Assembly: GCA_013239625.1 (NCBI GenBank) | Contig: MU055263.1 | Location: 5,489,886-5,553,885, forward strand | Direction of reading: 5' to 3' | DNA: 64,000 nucleotides | Origin: Lama guanicoe | Lineage: Eukaryota | Shown: positions 37,021-49,110 of the stretch, in pieces | How the letters are laid out: the number at the start of each line of letters is the position of its first letter | How positions within the stretch are numbered: position 1 is the first letter of the stretch | Translations under genes and position numbers: made by a program | The notes under the pieces: generated by a model | Seen by the model: only the letters and a program-made list of their open reading frames with translations | The model's database searches: none | What the model was told of the DNA's origin: nothing

Positions 37021-37212
37021 CAGCTTCCTGACAAGCCTTCTCTGTAAAGGGCCAGTCAGTACCTTAGGCTTTGCAGGCTGCGTGGGGCTTTGCAGCCGCC
37101 ACTCCACCCGCCCCTGCAGAGCCAGGCAGTCACAGACCCACGCAGGCAAATGAACACGGGTGAGCGCCGCCAGAGCAGGCAGCTGGCCCACGGGCCGCAG
37201 GGACCAGCCCGC
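37021..37212. mobile_element. hAT-Charlie MITE MER58A-type
   Basis: TCTGTAAAGGGCCAG...TTAGGCTTTGCAGGC...TGGCCCACGGGCCGCAG. Confidence 0.7.
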
Positions 37213-37914
37213 ACTCCAGGTGAGCAGAGCTCCCAGGCGCACACCCCCATCTCTGCCCTCACAGCCCTGCGCCTTCTCCTCCCGAACCAGCACAGCAAAG
37301 AGCTGTGGTCGGACTACAGAACCTCCCTGAGCTCTCCGACGAGAGAAACGCGCATCCTCTGAGTCTCTCCTTACTTCATTCTTCCTCACGAGCGGCAAGT
37401 GTGCACCCCCAGCCCAGCTGCTCTTCATGAGCTGAGACTACAGAAGGGGAGCCCCGCCTGCCAAGACTGAGTTGGTCTGAAGCGGAGCCCAGGGCCCTGC
37501 CGGTCCAGGAGCCCCCACGTGGTGTGAATCCTGGTGGTCTGTGGACCACAGTCCGAAGAACAAACACCGCCAGCCTCTGAAACACCCGGTGGGAGGAGGG
37601 ACGAAGGACTGGCGGGTAAACCCGCCTCCCCAAGCTGTGATCCCCAAACCACAGACAGAAAGCCGTCACCTCACTGCAGCGGCCCCAGGGACGCCCAGGA
37701 GGCGGCTGAGCAGGTGAGAGGGCGGAGGCGGCGAGAGAGCCCGGGGGAGGAGGCAGGGGACAAAGGCGCTTTTCACAAGGACTCAGGAGCCGACAGGCCC
37801 CGCGCCACCACGCTCCCAGCGGCGCAGACCACCCTGCCTGCTGTTCCTGGAGCCCGGAGGCGGCACAGAGTCTTCACGCACCTATCTTTCCTCACACTAG
37901 TTTCCCTCCCTTTA

Positions 37915-38090
37915 GCAGTGGGCTCGTTCATCGTTAGCTGTGACCTTGTGCAAGCTCCTGGACATCTTAGCGCCTCAGTTTCCTCGTAAGGCCAGACAAA
38001 GCGTACCAAAGAGTTCTTGTGAAAATCAAATTAACATTTGCAAAACCTTTAGAATACTGCTTGGCATAGACTAAAAGCTTTCTTAAGTGT
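37915..38090 (+). mobile_element. MIR
   Basis: AGCTGTGACCTTGTGCAAG...GCCTCAGTTTCCTC...GTGAAAATCAAAT...CTTGGCATAGA. Confidence 0.65.
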
Positions 38091-38609
38091 TAAAGAGATA
38101 AAACGCCTTTTAACATCCAATATCCGCCTCCTATGCGTCAGGTACAGCGTCAGATGTAAAGACACAAACATAAAGAGCCGCTCAGAGGAGACGGAAGCGA
38201 AAACACTGTCCTCCACGATGTGCACACGGAGCAGAGAGCTCCGGGGACTTAAGAGAGGACGGCCTAGAGAGCCGCTCCCCCGTCGCTGCTGCCACTGCCC
38301 CCTGCACTTGGCTAGGACGGCAAGTCCATGCTACGTGCTCTTCACAATAGTAAACACTTCACAAGTGAAAGTGAAGGGCAGGGTGTGCGCAGACGGGAAG
38401 GAAAGCTGACTGGCTGGTCTGGGGCCGGGCAGAGGCTGGAGCAGGCGGCGTAACGGGAGACCCAGCCTCCAAGTGGGAGACTGCGTTCCGCACGCCGGGG
38501 AGGGGGCGCGGAGACACGACGGCTGGCCTGACGCTGCGCGTCGTGCGCTGTTCAGTCTCCAGCGACTGTGGGGGAAATCCACCAAAACCTCCCCCAAACC
38601 AAAACACAG

Positions 38610-38850
38610 TCTCACTGTGACAGCAGCATACATGTGAAACTGCAACTGCGGCTAATAAACAGTGTTGTGTATTTGAAACTTGAGAGATCTTAAAAGTTCT
38701 CATCGTAAGAAAGCAGCTGGAACTGTGTGTGTGAGCAACGTTAACTAGACTTGCTGAGGTAATCACTCTGCGATACGTACAAACGTCGAATCAGTGTTTT
38801 ATACCTGACACTAATACAGTGTTGCATGTCAATTATACCTCATTATACAA
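38610..38850 (+). mobile_element. L1MA/L1MB-type 3' end fragment
   Basis: GATCTTAAAAGTTCTCATC...GTTAACTAGACTT...ATACCTGACACTAATACAGTGTTGCATGTCAATTATACCTCA. Confidence 0.75.
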
Positions 38851-39199
38851 AGTATCGCTCAGAAAACAGGAGCTTTTTTTTTAAAAAAAGGAAACTGACT
38901 ATTTGGCTCCCTGAATTTGCTTCCACGATAAGACGGCTTCAAGAACAGTCTTGAGTGTCAACTTTCCGTGTGCGTTTACGCGGTTGGTGTGTTTTGTGAT
39001 ACGTGGTGGTATCTTCCTAGGAACGAGAATCTGTCATCCTATTGAAAAATCAAAAAAATTATCACTGTTCTAACAAACCAACCACCAACAACAAAACCTA
39101 CATGCTGAGAGCGTGCCTGGTGGCCCAGGCCCAGGCCGATGCCCACGCCCGCTCCCTCCTCTGGGTCTCCTCTGCTCTGCCCCGCGCGCTCTCGGCTCA

Positions 39200-39545
39200 G
39201 CCAGGGTGCCCGCCTTCAGCCGCATCTTCACTCGTGTTTCCTCCAACCAGAATGTTCCTGATAACCCCCCGCCTGGGCCTTCACTTCCTCCCGGCCTCTG
39301 CTCAAGCGTCGCCCAGTCAGAAAGGCCTCCCCGACCAGCACACACCCCCTCCCTCGGCTCCGGCTCCGCGTCCTGCCTGACTTCTCTGATGAACACTTGT
39401 CACAGGAGGGCCGGGGAGCCCCACGGAGCGTGCGCTTCCCAGCCCCGCCCACCGCGCGGTCTCCGGGAGGATCGGGACTGTGTCGTAGCACTACCTTCCT
39501 CCAGCTCCCAAAACAGAGTCTGGTGCTCAGCAAGTGATCAAAACC
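39200..39545 (+). mobile_element. L2 3' fragment
   Basis: GAAAGGCCTCCCCGACCA...GAGGATCGGGACTGTGTC...AACAGAGTCTGGTGCTCAGCAAG. Confidence 0.45.
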
Positions 39546-42500
39546 TACTCATGGCGCGAGGTAGCAGGACGTGAAGAAACCTAGGGGCCCCTTCTCGCCC
39601 TGTGGGACGTCTGTAAAAGCCAGGTGGTCGAGTGTTTTGGAGCCTCTCACTTTTAATCATATGCGTATTTTAAAACTTAGACTCTAGTAGGCCCTTCCTT
39701 ATTAAACAAGTCAAAGGGTCGCCCTAAGTGTGGCAGGAGGTCTGGAGTCTGAACCACATGCAGAAGACTCTGTGGTTCCCCAGCGCGAATGCAGTGTGAG
39801 CCTGCAGCTTCATCCAGGGGCGTCGCCATCCTCGCGGTGCTCTGGAGGGACCAGGACGGGATGAATGCTTCCCCACTTAGCAGTGAGAAGGGCCCAGAGA
39901 AGGCGCCTGCCACACACCCGGCTCAGCAACAGAGCCAGAAACACGGACGCCTCCTCCCTCTCTCAGGCTCTGCTGAGTCACTGGGACCGGATGATTCAGA
40001 CCCCACTTGGGAGAAAACTTCATCATGGAAACGACTGAAATGACAGTCACGGCAAAGTCCAGTGGAACCAAGAGCTAAGTGGCTACAGAACAAATACGCT
40101 TGTTAGCCGACTCCGCCAGCCTCCTCCTCCACCAGCCTCTTGGCATCCTCAGCCTGCTTCTCAGGGCACTGCCCCTGCCTCTGTCCATGGACGTCACTGC
40201 GAGACGACCCCGACACCCCGTCTCACACGCGCTGCCTGGAGGGAGAGGCGGGTCCACAAACGACGGTTACCGCAGAGACGGCGGCCCCGTCCTCACTGCG
40301 CGAGGGCGTGTTCGCAGGTGGCGAAGCCATCGCAGCGCAACAATCCTCGCCCCCCGAGACGTCACCAGGCCCCCCTCCCAGCACAGCGCCCCTCCTCAAC
40401 AGACAGGGAGCGCTCCATGCCTCTGAAGGACAACGAAGGAAGCAGATTTGTCACCTGAGGTCATACAGCCCAACTCCACCTTGTTACAGATGAGAAAACC
40501 GAAACACAAATGAGTTAAAAGACTCGCCTACAGCCACACAGCTGGTTTCTGAGGGCCAGAGCGGAAGCCCCAGCGTCCTGCCTGCCGGCCCGGGTCCCGC
40601 ACTTACAAGGGAGCTCATCCCTATCAGCTGCACTCTTTCCTCCTCCGTTTCCCTTTAATGATCTTCTAGGTTCCGCATGGAGGAGAATCGGTCATTAGAC
40701 TAAGTGCCCCCAGACCTTCTGACCATTAAGTGCCCCATAAATACTTGAGTGGACTGAGCCAAATCTGCGTATGACTTACCCCCGTAAGACGCAGAATGCC
40801 TTATACGTAAGGCCACCCCATTTGTGATTTTTGGTTTCCATAGTGATTAATAACATTTACTGCTCCATGTGGTCTGGCTTACATCTATGAACAAGCACTT
40901 CCTGATGAATGGCAACTCCTACAAGATATAATTTCCCAAATACTTCAGACAGCTGATGAGGAAAAAACACTCCCCACAGAAAAGATTAATAACCCGTCAG
41001 GTCATTCACAGCACTGAGAGGCACTCTCCGTCTGCCACGGGATAGCTGATGCTCTCTGCCTTATAAATCTGTTTCAGGAACATAAGGGTAACATTTGGGT
41101 TTTATTAACAAACTTAATGGACAGGATTATACAATTTAGGATTGCAAGAACCACACCATAAATCTGATTCAGTAGTTTTCAATCCTACACAACGACAAAG
41201 CTGTATTTCACATTTTAATTCTTCAGTTATTACTTTTAGATTTGCAGAGGGCCCTGTTCAGTGTGTGAGTGACACCCCTCCCCCGCTACACCCAGCACAC
41301 TGGAGCCTAACAGCGCTGTCGTCCTCTGGGTGGAGACATGGGGCGAGGTGCAAAGCAGAAGCCACGGAAACAGCCACGAGCTCCGGGAGCCAGCCAGCCC
41401 CCCACTGCCTCCAGCTGCCTTTCCGCTGGGGGGGGGGGCTCAGTTCTTCCGCAGGAACTGAACTTACCCAAAATGCTCAAGATACTAGGTCGTAAAAAAT
41501 ACAAGAGGAACCTAAGAAGGGTATACATGATTATGTTTTCAGAAATAGTATTTTTTCTGCTAGCCTCCTCTTCCCAAAAGGTTAAAACATAGGAACTAAT
41601 TTTGATTTCTTTCCTACTTTGCAACTTCGTGCTGACAGCCTGAAGGGTTGTTGAGTTAAGAGGGAAAGGGTCAAATATTTTTCAAACAGGACGGGCTGAA
41701 TTAGTATCTTGATGTTCCCTGGATCTCCGTGGTTTCCTCTGCATGGCTGCAGAAGCCTGTACACGCTGCTTCTAAGAACATTCCAACAAAATTGCCTCTG
41801 GTGGGAACGAGACAGCTGTTCACAGCCTGGACAGAGTACGCGCATCCTCTGCCCTGGGAGCCCGGTTTCAGCCTAAAACCATCCTTATTCCTCTTGGGTC
41901 ACAGACAACTCCCACCTAAAACCCCCAGGATTCCACCCCAATTTCAGCTCTACGCCAGCCCTCTCCCAACCGGGGGAAATTAGGGGAAATGCCGTTAGTT
42001 CAGAGGCAAACCTCCTGAAGTTTTCATTCACGTACGCTCTGAATGAGCCTCACAAGCACCTGCTATGTACCCGGCTCAGTGTGGGGGGCGGGGAGCCCTC
42101 GGCGACGCACACTCCTCTGGGTGGGGGGGGGCGGCGCTGGGGAAGGCAACAGAACACACGCCTTCGCTTCGGTGAAATGCAGCTGTGCTGAGTGAGCAGC
42201 CAGAACCCGGGGGAAGCTGCAGAGCTACATACAGATCCCACTCAGCTTCCCCAAGGGCAGCACTGAGGTCCTTGAACGTCAACTGGACATGTTCCTCAGA
42301 ATGTGGCCACCCTTACGGAAAGTCTCTCGGAGACGTGAATGGAGAAACCGAAACTGGGAAAGGAACAGATTCTAACGCGCTTGGTACATAGTATGATTGG
42401 GTAGGTCCATGTCTTACCTCTTTGGTAACAAATAACAGAACAAAACTCTGGTCACTACAGTACAAGGACTTCCATAAAGAATAAAGAAAGCTGACTGACC

Positions 42501-44399
42501 GGCTCGGGGCAGTTTCAGACCTCATGTCTTGGCGGTGAGTGATGTGGCCTGGAATGGACACGCAACATCTCTGAAGGCAGCTAGCAGAACACTCTCTGCG
42601 TTCTGTGACCAGACAACAAGCCTCCCGCCACGCCCCCGGGCAAGGCCACTCCACTAGCTCTGACCGCGAAAGCACCGTACAGTTAGCACCATGCTGGGGG
42701 CTGTCCACTATAGGACTGGTCACCAAAGGACCTGCATTTAAATGCGAGACCACAGGCTCTCAGGGTGAGTGATTACGCACAGACCTAAGCCATATTCCAA
42801 CATATGAAATACAAACGTGAAATCCTGCAGGAGATCGGCAGGCACTGAGGGGGAGGCCGCTCACCGAACAGCCTCACCAGGCGAACAGAAGCACAGCGGC
42901 CCCGCCGGCACTCGGAGGTAAAGCTCCAGGTGCCCGGCCAGAGCCAGAGGAGGGCGAGGCAGCGCCGAAAGCAAGCACGTGGAGGGGAGAGTGGAAAGAG
43001 AAGAAAACAACAGTGCAAAACACACCTCACGTATTGGTCAGTGGTGTTCTGCCACAGAAAAGGGCCACTGAAGTTACTGAAATCACCGGCACCAAACCAC
43101 AGTAACCAGATATTTGGGTCACCTCGTGTTCCGATTGCAAATTAGCAGGAAGGTTTAAAATGCAGTCACTTAACGTAAATGAGTAAGTGTTCATGTGACA
43201 GTTAGGCACACGCTGGTCAGTACTCCCGGAAGCAGCAGGACGCGGCAAGAGCGTCAGTGAGAAGCGGGGCTCTGCAGCCAGCAGGGACCTAGAAGCAACC
43301 CTGCCCGCAGAAACTGGCGCGAAGGCAGCCAGGCTCAGACGCCACGCTCGGGCTGTACGCACACGTGGTTTAGCCCAAGAGCAGACGTATCTCTCCAGGC
43401 GTGGTAAGAGGGCCTCTCAAGCACTCGAGCTCCCGAGGACCGTTACGTACAGGCGCTTAGAAGACAAGTGTGCTTCGGGGCGCTTTTAATTAATCATTAA
43501 TGAGGCTAGAAACACCAGTGCAACCTCAGACAGTCATCTACTCGCTCTCCTTAACCAAGTACAGAACAGGAACCGTGACATTTAACCCCAGATGTACGCA
43601 GGATAAGCTGACTCCACAAGCAGAAGCCAGCTACAGGGAGAGACCAGAGGGACTCGTACGAAACGCTGGGGGCCCGCACCTTGTGGCAGGAGCGGCTGAA
43701 CTCTTCCTCCCGAGCAGCTCCTCTGTAAACAGCTTACATAACGTTGCAACCTCGAGGCAGGAAACACAGGAAGCGACTTCACATCTGTCGCCACGGTGCC
43801 CTCAGTACTGAGCACCGCGTCTCACAAGCAGATTTTGAAGCAGAATTATTAAAGCTCAATTCTAGGCCAAACTTGAAAACTTGAGTCTAAATTTAACTGC
43901 TCGAGAATAAAACTTTGTGACTACTAGCAGTGCCCTTAAAGCTAGCAAACTGAGCAAGTATTCACAAGCTCACAAGGCGGAACTGGGAAGGCACTTGCTC
44001 CCTACAGGATCTGTCTCCCTTGAACTGAAGTTTTATCCTGAGAAATCCCGTCGCGAAGGACGGGATGGACGCTGGGGCCTGCAGCTGAGAAAACACCTGC
44101 ATTATCAGGCTGAACTCCACTGGGGGAGGAGCGGAGTTTAAAACCTCTCTCACCCCGCCGGTGACAGAAGGTTGTTTCTCGAGTTTCCCTTCTGAGTACT
44201 CCTACTTCAAGGAAAATTCTGCAAAAACATAGGAATACGCTAGGGAAGCGCTAACAGCGAATTAAATGCTTGTCTTAAACGACTGATACCAGGAGAAACG
44301 TTAACGTCCATCCATTTTCTAGAAAACCTAAAAGACAAGCAAACACAGTTTAACGTCCTTCCTCTTCTAATAAAGTGACTGAAGCTCCCAAGGCCAGGA

Positions 44400-44900
44400 G
44401 GAGCACAAAGGCTCCCGGACCGTCAGAGCAGAGCCTTGAACCGAGTCCACCACCGGCTCTGACGTGCCCTACCTCACCTCGCGCCCAGTTCGCATCGGTC
44501 TGGCACCTGGCCCGTGTCCTCTGAGCTGGCATTCTTACAGCTTCTTCAGGTTCTCCCTCAGCTCTCGCATCCAGAAGGTTATCAAGTTCTAACGGTTTCA
44601 CCTTAGAAATCTCTCACTTCCCCGCTGCCTGAATCTGGGCTGTAACCCAAACCGAACCCCCGACACGCATCTCCACCTACTCCAGGCCAGCCGCCGCAAC
44701 GCCACTGGCTCATGGATCACGTCCACCCTTGCTAAGTGCACACAAGGCTGCAGTGACCGCTTCAGGCAGCAGTGGCCACACACCCGCGAGGTTCCTGCCA
44801 CTCTCAACTGCACCTGCAGCGAGCAGGCCAAGGGAGCCATGACGAAATCCGCATCCAAATAACGTGGCGTCACCGTGCACATAAAATTCTCGCCCTGTGG
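44400..44900 (+). mobile_element. L2 fragment
   Basis: Decayed C/T-rich L2 sequence. Confidence 0.4.
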
Positions 44901-44979
44901 CTTCCCAGTTCCTGCTGCAAAGCCTCAGGGGTAAGGGAGGCTTCTCCCGTACTGAGTTCAGCAGCTGAGGGCACTCGCT

Positions 44980-45180
44980 AGGAGCTTAGAACCCTCCTAA
45001 GCGTTAGGGCTCGTGCGACCCTGGGCAAGTCCCTTAACGGTGCTGAGCCTGAATTTCATTATAACAGGGGAACGCGAGCAGGACAGACCTCACTCAGGTG
45101 CCGTGTCAGCTAAACGGCACAGTGGCTGCACGCGGCCCAGCACCGCGCCTGGCACACGGCGAGAGCCCCACAACTGCTAT
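44980..45180 (+). mobile_element. MIR
   Basis: GCGACCCTGGGCAAGTCCCTTAAC...CTGAGCCTGAATTTC...GCCTGGCACAC. Confidence 0.6.
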
Positions 45181-45269
45181 CACGCAGGAACCGACTGCCT
45201 CGCGTGAGGGGATAAGGTGAGACGCCGTGACATCAGCAAGCCTCGCCGGCATCATGAAACTCATAAATC

Positions 45270-45460
45270 CCCGTGGGGGGGGGCGTCGCGGGGAAATGCG
45301 AACGACTTACGACGGACACAGGGCTTCTTCTGGGGAGAAATATTCTAGGGCTGATCGTGAAGATGCACAACTCTGAATGTACTTACCACCATGAACCGTA
45401 TGCTTCAATTGGCCAACAGCATGTGTACGAGTTATATCTCAATAAAGCCACTAAAATATA
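45270..45460 (+). mobile_element. L1MB-type 3' end fragment
   Basis: GAAATATTCTAGG...GCACAACTCTGAATGTACT...GTTATATCTCAATAAAGC. Confidence 0.7.
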
Positions 45461-47435
45461 TACACACGAACAATTGAGCATCTTGCTAAGTCCTTAGGCC
45501 AAAGCCATGGTGTCATGTTTGCGTAATAAAATGCCTTCAACTTTGGGGTCTTACGTCAGCAAGATTCGTCCTAATTTTTCCTCCTAATGTTGAGTATAAG
45601 GGTCTGATAAACGTGAGACCCTCTCTGCCTCCCCTACCCGTCTGCTCTGGTCATACTGCACTCTCTCCTCAAAAGCTGCTCTGCGCTCCCCGGTGAAGGG
45701 GCTGCAGTTACCCAGGGAGCCACAGATAGCGAGAGAGAGACTCCAACAGGAGCCCCTGAGGTGTCAGAGAGACCAGAAAACAAGGCATCTCCATCCTCTC
45801 AACAAGCAGGGGCTCGGTGAGACTCAGGGACAGGTGGGAGGCTAGAGGGAGCTGAGAACCGAGGGCATGATCCACGTGAGCCAGAGCACCTCTGCGGGCA
45901 CAGCAATCCGGGGTGTGTCTGAGGACGGCCTGCTGTGAACGTCGTAAGCAAGTGTCTCAAATGAGGGTCTCAGGGTCCCCAGAGAGCCATGAATACACTC
46001 AAAAATCCGTGATGTCTCCAGAATCGTCTTTCAGTTTTGCACGTTCCTGTAAGTGTTGATCTGAAAGAAGCAGATGTGAGTGCACCCTGGATCGTCTGAA
46101 CCACCCCTTTACAAACACAGTGCAGTCGAAAGTGCAGACCTGGGCGCGCTTGTGACTGTACTTACGGTTCCAGTGGTGCCGAGCGATCCCCGCCAGCAAC
46201 AGACAGCGCTGATGACGTGCAGGCAGGCACACGCGACGGGGATAAGGGTCCATCTGAGACACTTCCTTACTGGCTGCTGAGCAGGACTTTGATTTCATGA
46301 CACCACGGAATGACAGGCAGAGCAGTGCAGCGCTGTACTAATCAGCATGGGCTAATGAGGAAAGGACGGGGCAGAGACACCGCCGAGGGAGTCACGCCAC
46401 AGAAAGGTGCAATGGCGTCAAGGCATTCCTAGGATTGTCACGATGGCCGAAGGTACGGCAGGACAAGGGTCTATTTTAGAGGTTCAAAAATACAGAGAGG
46501 AGGCGATGATAAGAAAAGGAATTACGTTTAAGTTGTTTCCAAAATGGTGCGGAAAGGGTCATTTCTACCATCGACTCCCTCCGGCAGTCAGATACTTGGC
46601 TGCGCTGAACTGTAAGCACGTTCCACGTCTGTAAGAACTGAAACTAACAGACAGTATGTCCCTGTTCCTGATTCCAGTAGCTGCTGAATTAGCTACGTGT
46701 TTGGTGCTGATTTCAGTGACTAGAAGGCTAACTTTATCTCTGAATGTACGAGACACTGACTGTGCTAGCAAGAAAACTGGAAATCGTTAGTCATTCAAAT
46801 TGTAATTCAAGTACCGCTCGCCGGCAGAGTCGTGCTCCGGTGGTCCCAGGACAGCAAGCAAGCCTTCACGTCCACCTGGCGCTCCTGCATAGTGTGTGCT
46901 GCCGGCAGGCATTCCTCGTGTCACCGCATCAAAACCCAAAGACTAACGTGCACTGAGTGTCTATGAGAACCCAAGGCAGCAACTTTGTATCATTTTCTAA
47001 AAATCAACAGTTAATTTAGTTTCAGCAAAAAAGTATCCATTATATCAACATTTTAAATTTTAACGGTTTAAAATATTGTTTGCATTTATCTGTGATGTCT
47101 GAAAGTGTTTTAATAGCTGTGTAAGAGCTATAAGCACATGGAGGAATATTTAATTTCACGCTTGCACATCTTAAGTACAATTAAGAAAGCTGATGAAGTC
47201 AACGGAAGGAGTTGTCTGAAATGCCTGTGTGGGCCGTGTGACAAACGCTGCCGTAAGTAATAACATGAAAGATGTGGGGGTGATTTGGAACGTGTCCATT
47301 CCCTCCAAGATCACCTGCGATCCTACTGTGTGCGGCTCCCAGGACACAGCGCGAACACGGCAGACACATCTGCGCCTCCCTGGGGCTTGGAATCTATTAG
47401 AAAAGGACCTGAATGCAATGAGTGAGATTCTGGGG

Positions 47436-47549
47436 GGGCTCCCCAGAAGCAAAGAGTTGAAAAGGGAGAATCATTTTTAATCTCTTTGAATTGGGAGACA
47501 GACCTTTGTTAATGTGCCCGGTTACCAGGATTGCTAAGGAGGCAAACAG
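47436..47549 (+). repeat. Dispersed direct repeat, copy 1
   Basis: Matches 48999-49110 with 6 substitutions and one 2-nt indel. Confidence 0.95.
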
Positions 47550-47599
47550 CTACAAACAGCATGGGGACCCAGCTCAGCTCAAAGGGTGACGTGGACGTC

Positions 47600-48140
47600 C
47601 TGAAGGGCACTACACTGCAACGAAGGCAAAAGGAAGAAGCAGGAGCTGGCTACACAAAAATGAAGCCGCAGAGGGGAGAGCGTTCTGGGCCTCAGACACA
47701 CCCTGAAGGCTTGTTGTCAGGAAAGCACGGCAGATTAGAGGAACAGAAAGAGGGCTGTGAGGCTGCGCATGGGCGTGGGTCAGGAGCATGCTGGGGTGAG
47801 GCAGGGCCACAGCGGTGGACTGGAGACAGACCGGGACTCCCTCCTGCCAGGCCTTGAAGACTTCTTAAGGAGTCTAGCTTTTAACTGCTTCTGATGAGTT
47901 CAAGGGCAATGAAAAGTCACTGACAGCGAGTTTTGTTTTGTAAAAAGCCCTGAGACTTCAGTGTGTAAAAGGCGCTGGAGGGCAGAGTCAGGGAAGGCGG
48001 CCGGACAGGGCGGAGGCCACACGGCAGCTCTGTGTGGGAGCGGCACACTGGAGAGTTTCAAGAGATAAAAGATAACATTTAAGAATTTAGGTCTAAGATA
48101 GAATCGAGACAACCCGGCAGCTCACTGAGATGGGGGCTGA
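47600..48140 (-). mobile_element. L2 fragment
   Basis: Purine-rich, with TTAAGGAGTCTAGCTTTTA...CAATGAAAAGTCACTG...GGGGGCTGAGTGAGA, typical of reverse L2. Confidence 0.5.
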
Positions 48141-48998
48141 GTGAGAAGGCCGTGCTGTGGAACACGGCCACATGGGAACGCACGGACGGTGTTCCCCACG
48201 AGGTGGAGGGAGAGCAGCAAGCCCGCCAGGCTGAGGACCACCTGAGTTCAAAGGCTGCTTTGTACAGTTGTTCGCAATGTATTTTTGTTTTTCTTGCAAT
48301 TTCATACCTCTGCGTCTATTATGAATAGTTAAAAAAATACTGCCGCCTTGCACAACCACTCACACCCAGAGGCGGCAAGATTCAAACAAGTCTGTGTTCT
48401 TTTTGGAAAGTCTTGGTTCAAAGACAAAAATCTGAGAGCAGACGAATCTTTTGATCCTTACCATTGACACGGAGCTCCAGGGCCAACCCGGGCACTACTT
48501 AAGGCCTTTCTTTCACGGGACAATGGGAACAGCTCAGCACAGACACTTGGGTTAAGAGGCTCCCACTCGGCACTTTCTGCCTTAGAAATACGGATTTAAA
48601 TATCAAAAGAACTGGGACCGTCAGTCCCAGTGACCAGCGCACCTGGCGGAATTTAATCCGGCGTTGAACTTCTCCGTGCGGACGCACAACTGGCGAAGAA
48701 CAAACAACGCCGGGAAAAGTCTTCCCATGGCCCACCCCCTCGTGAACGTTTTTAATATTTCAAAAATGCTCAGGAACCGGGACAAAGCAATTTAAAAAAT
48801 CTCAAAGGGTCAGAGCAAAATGGAATCCGTTTAAGAATGCACCATACACGAAAGGCACCGAGGCTCATGAACAGGGTCCCTTCCTCACAGCCAAGCACGG
48901 GAAACAAAGGAAGGCTAAACTGAGAGACACGAGAGGACGCTCACGCCTGGCCCGGCCTCTGCCAGGAAAACCTCCAATAAACAAGGCTTGGCTTCTGT

Positions 48999-49110
48999 GG
49001 GCTCCCCAGAAGCAGAGTTGAAAAGGGAGAATCATTTTTAATCTCTTTAAAGCGGGAGACAGACCTTTGTTAATGTGCCCGGTTACCAGGACCGCTGAGG
49101 AGGCAAACAG
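48999..49110 (+). repeat. Dispersed direct repeat, copy 2
   Basis: Matches 47436-47549. Confidence 0.95.

Noticed and set aside
45890-46075. Good minus-strand acceptor CTGCTTCTTTCAG| at 46061
   Set aside because: No convincing donor at exon distance.
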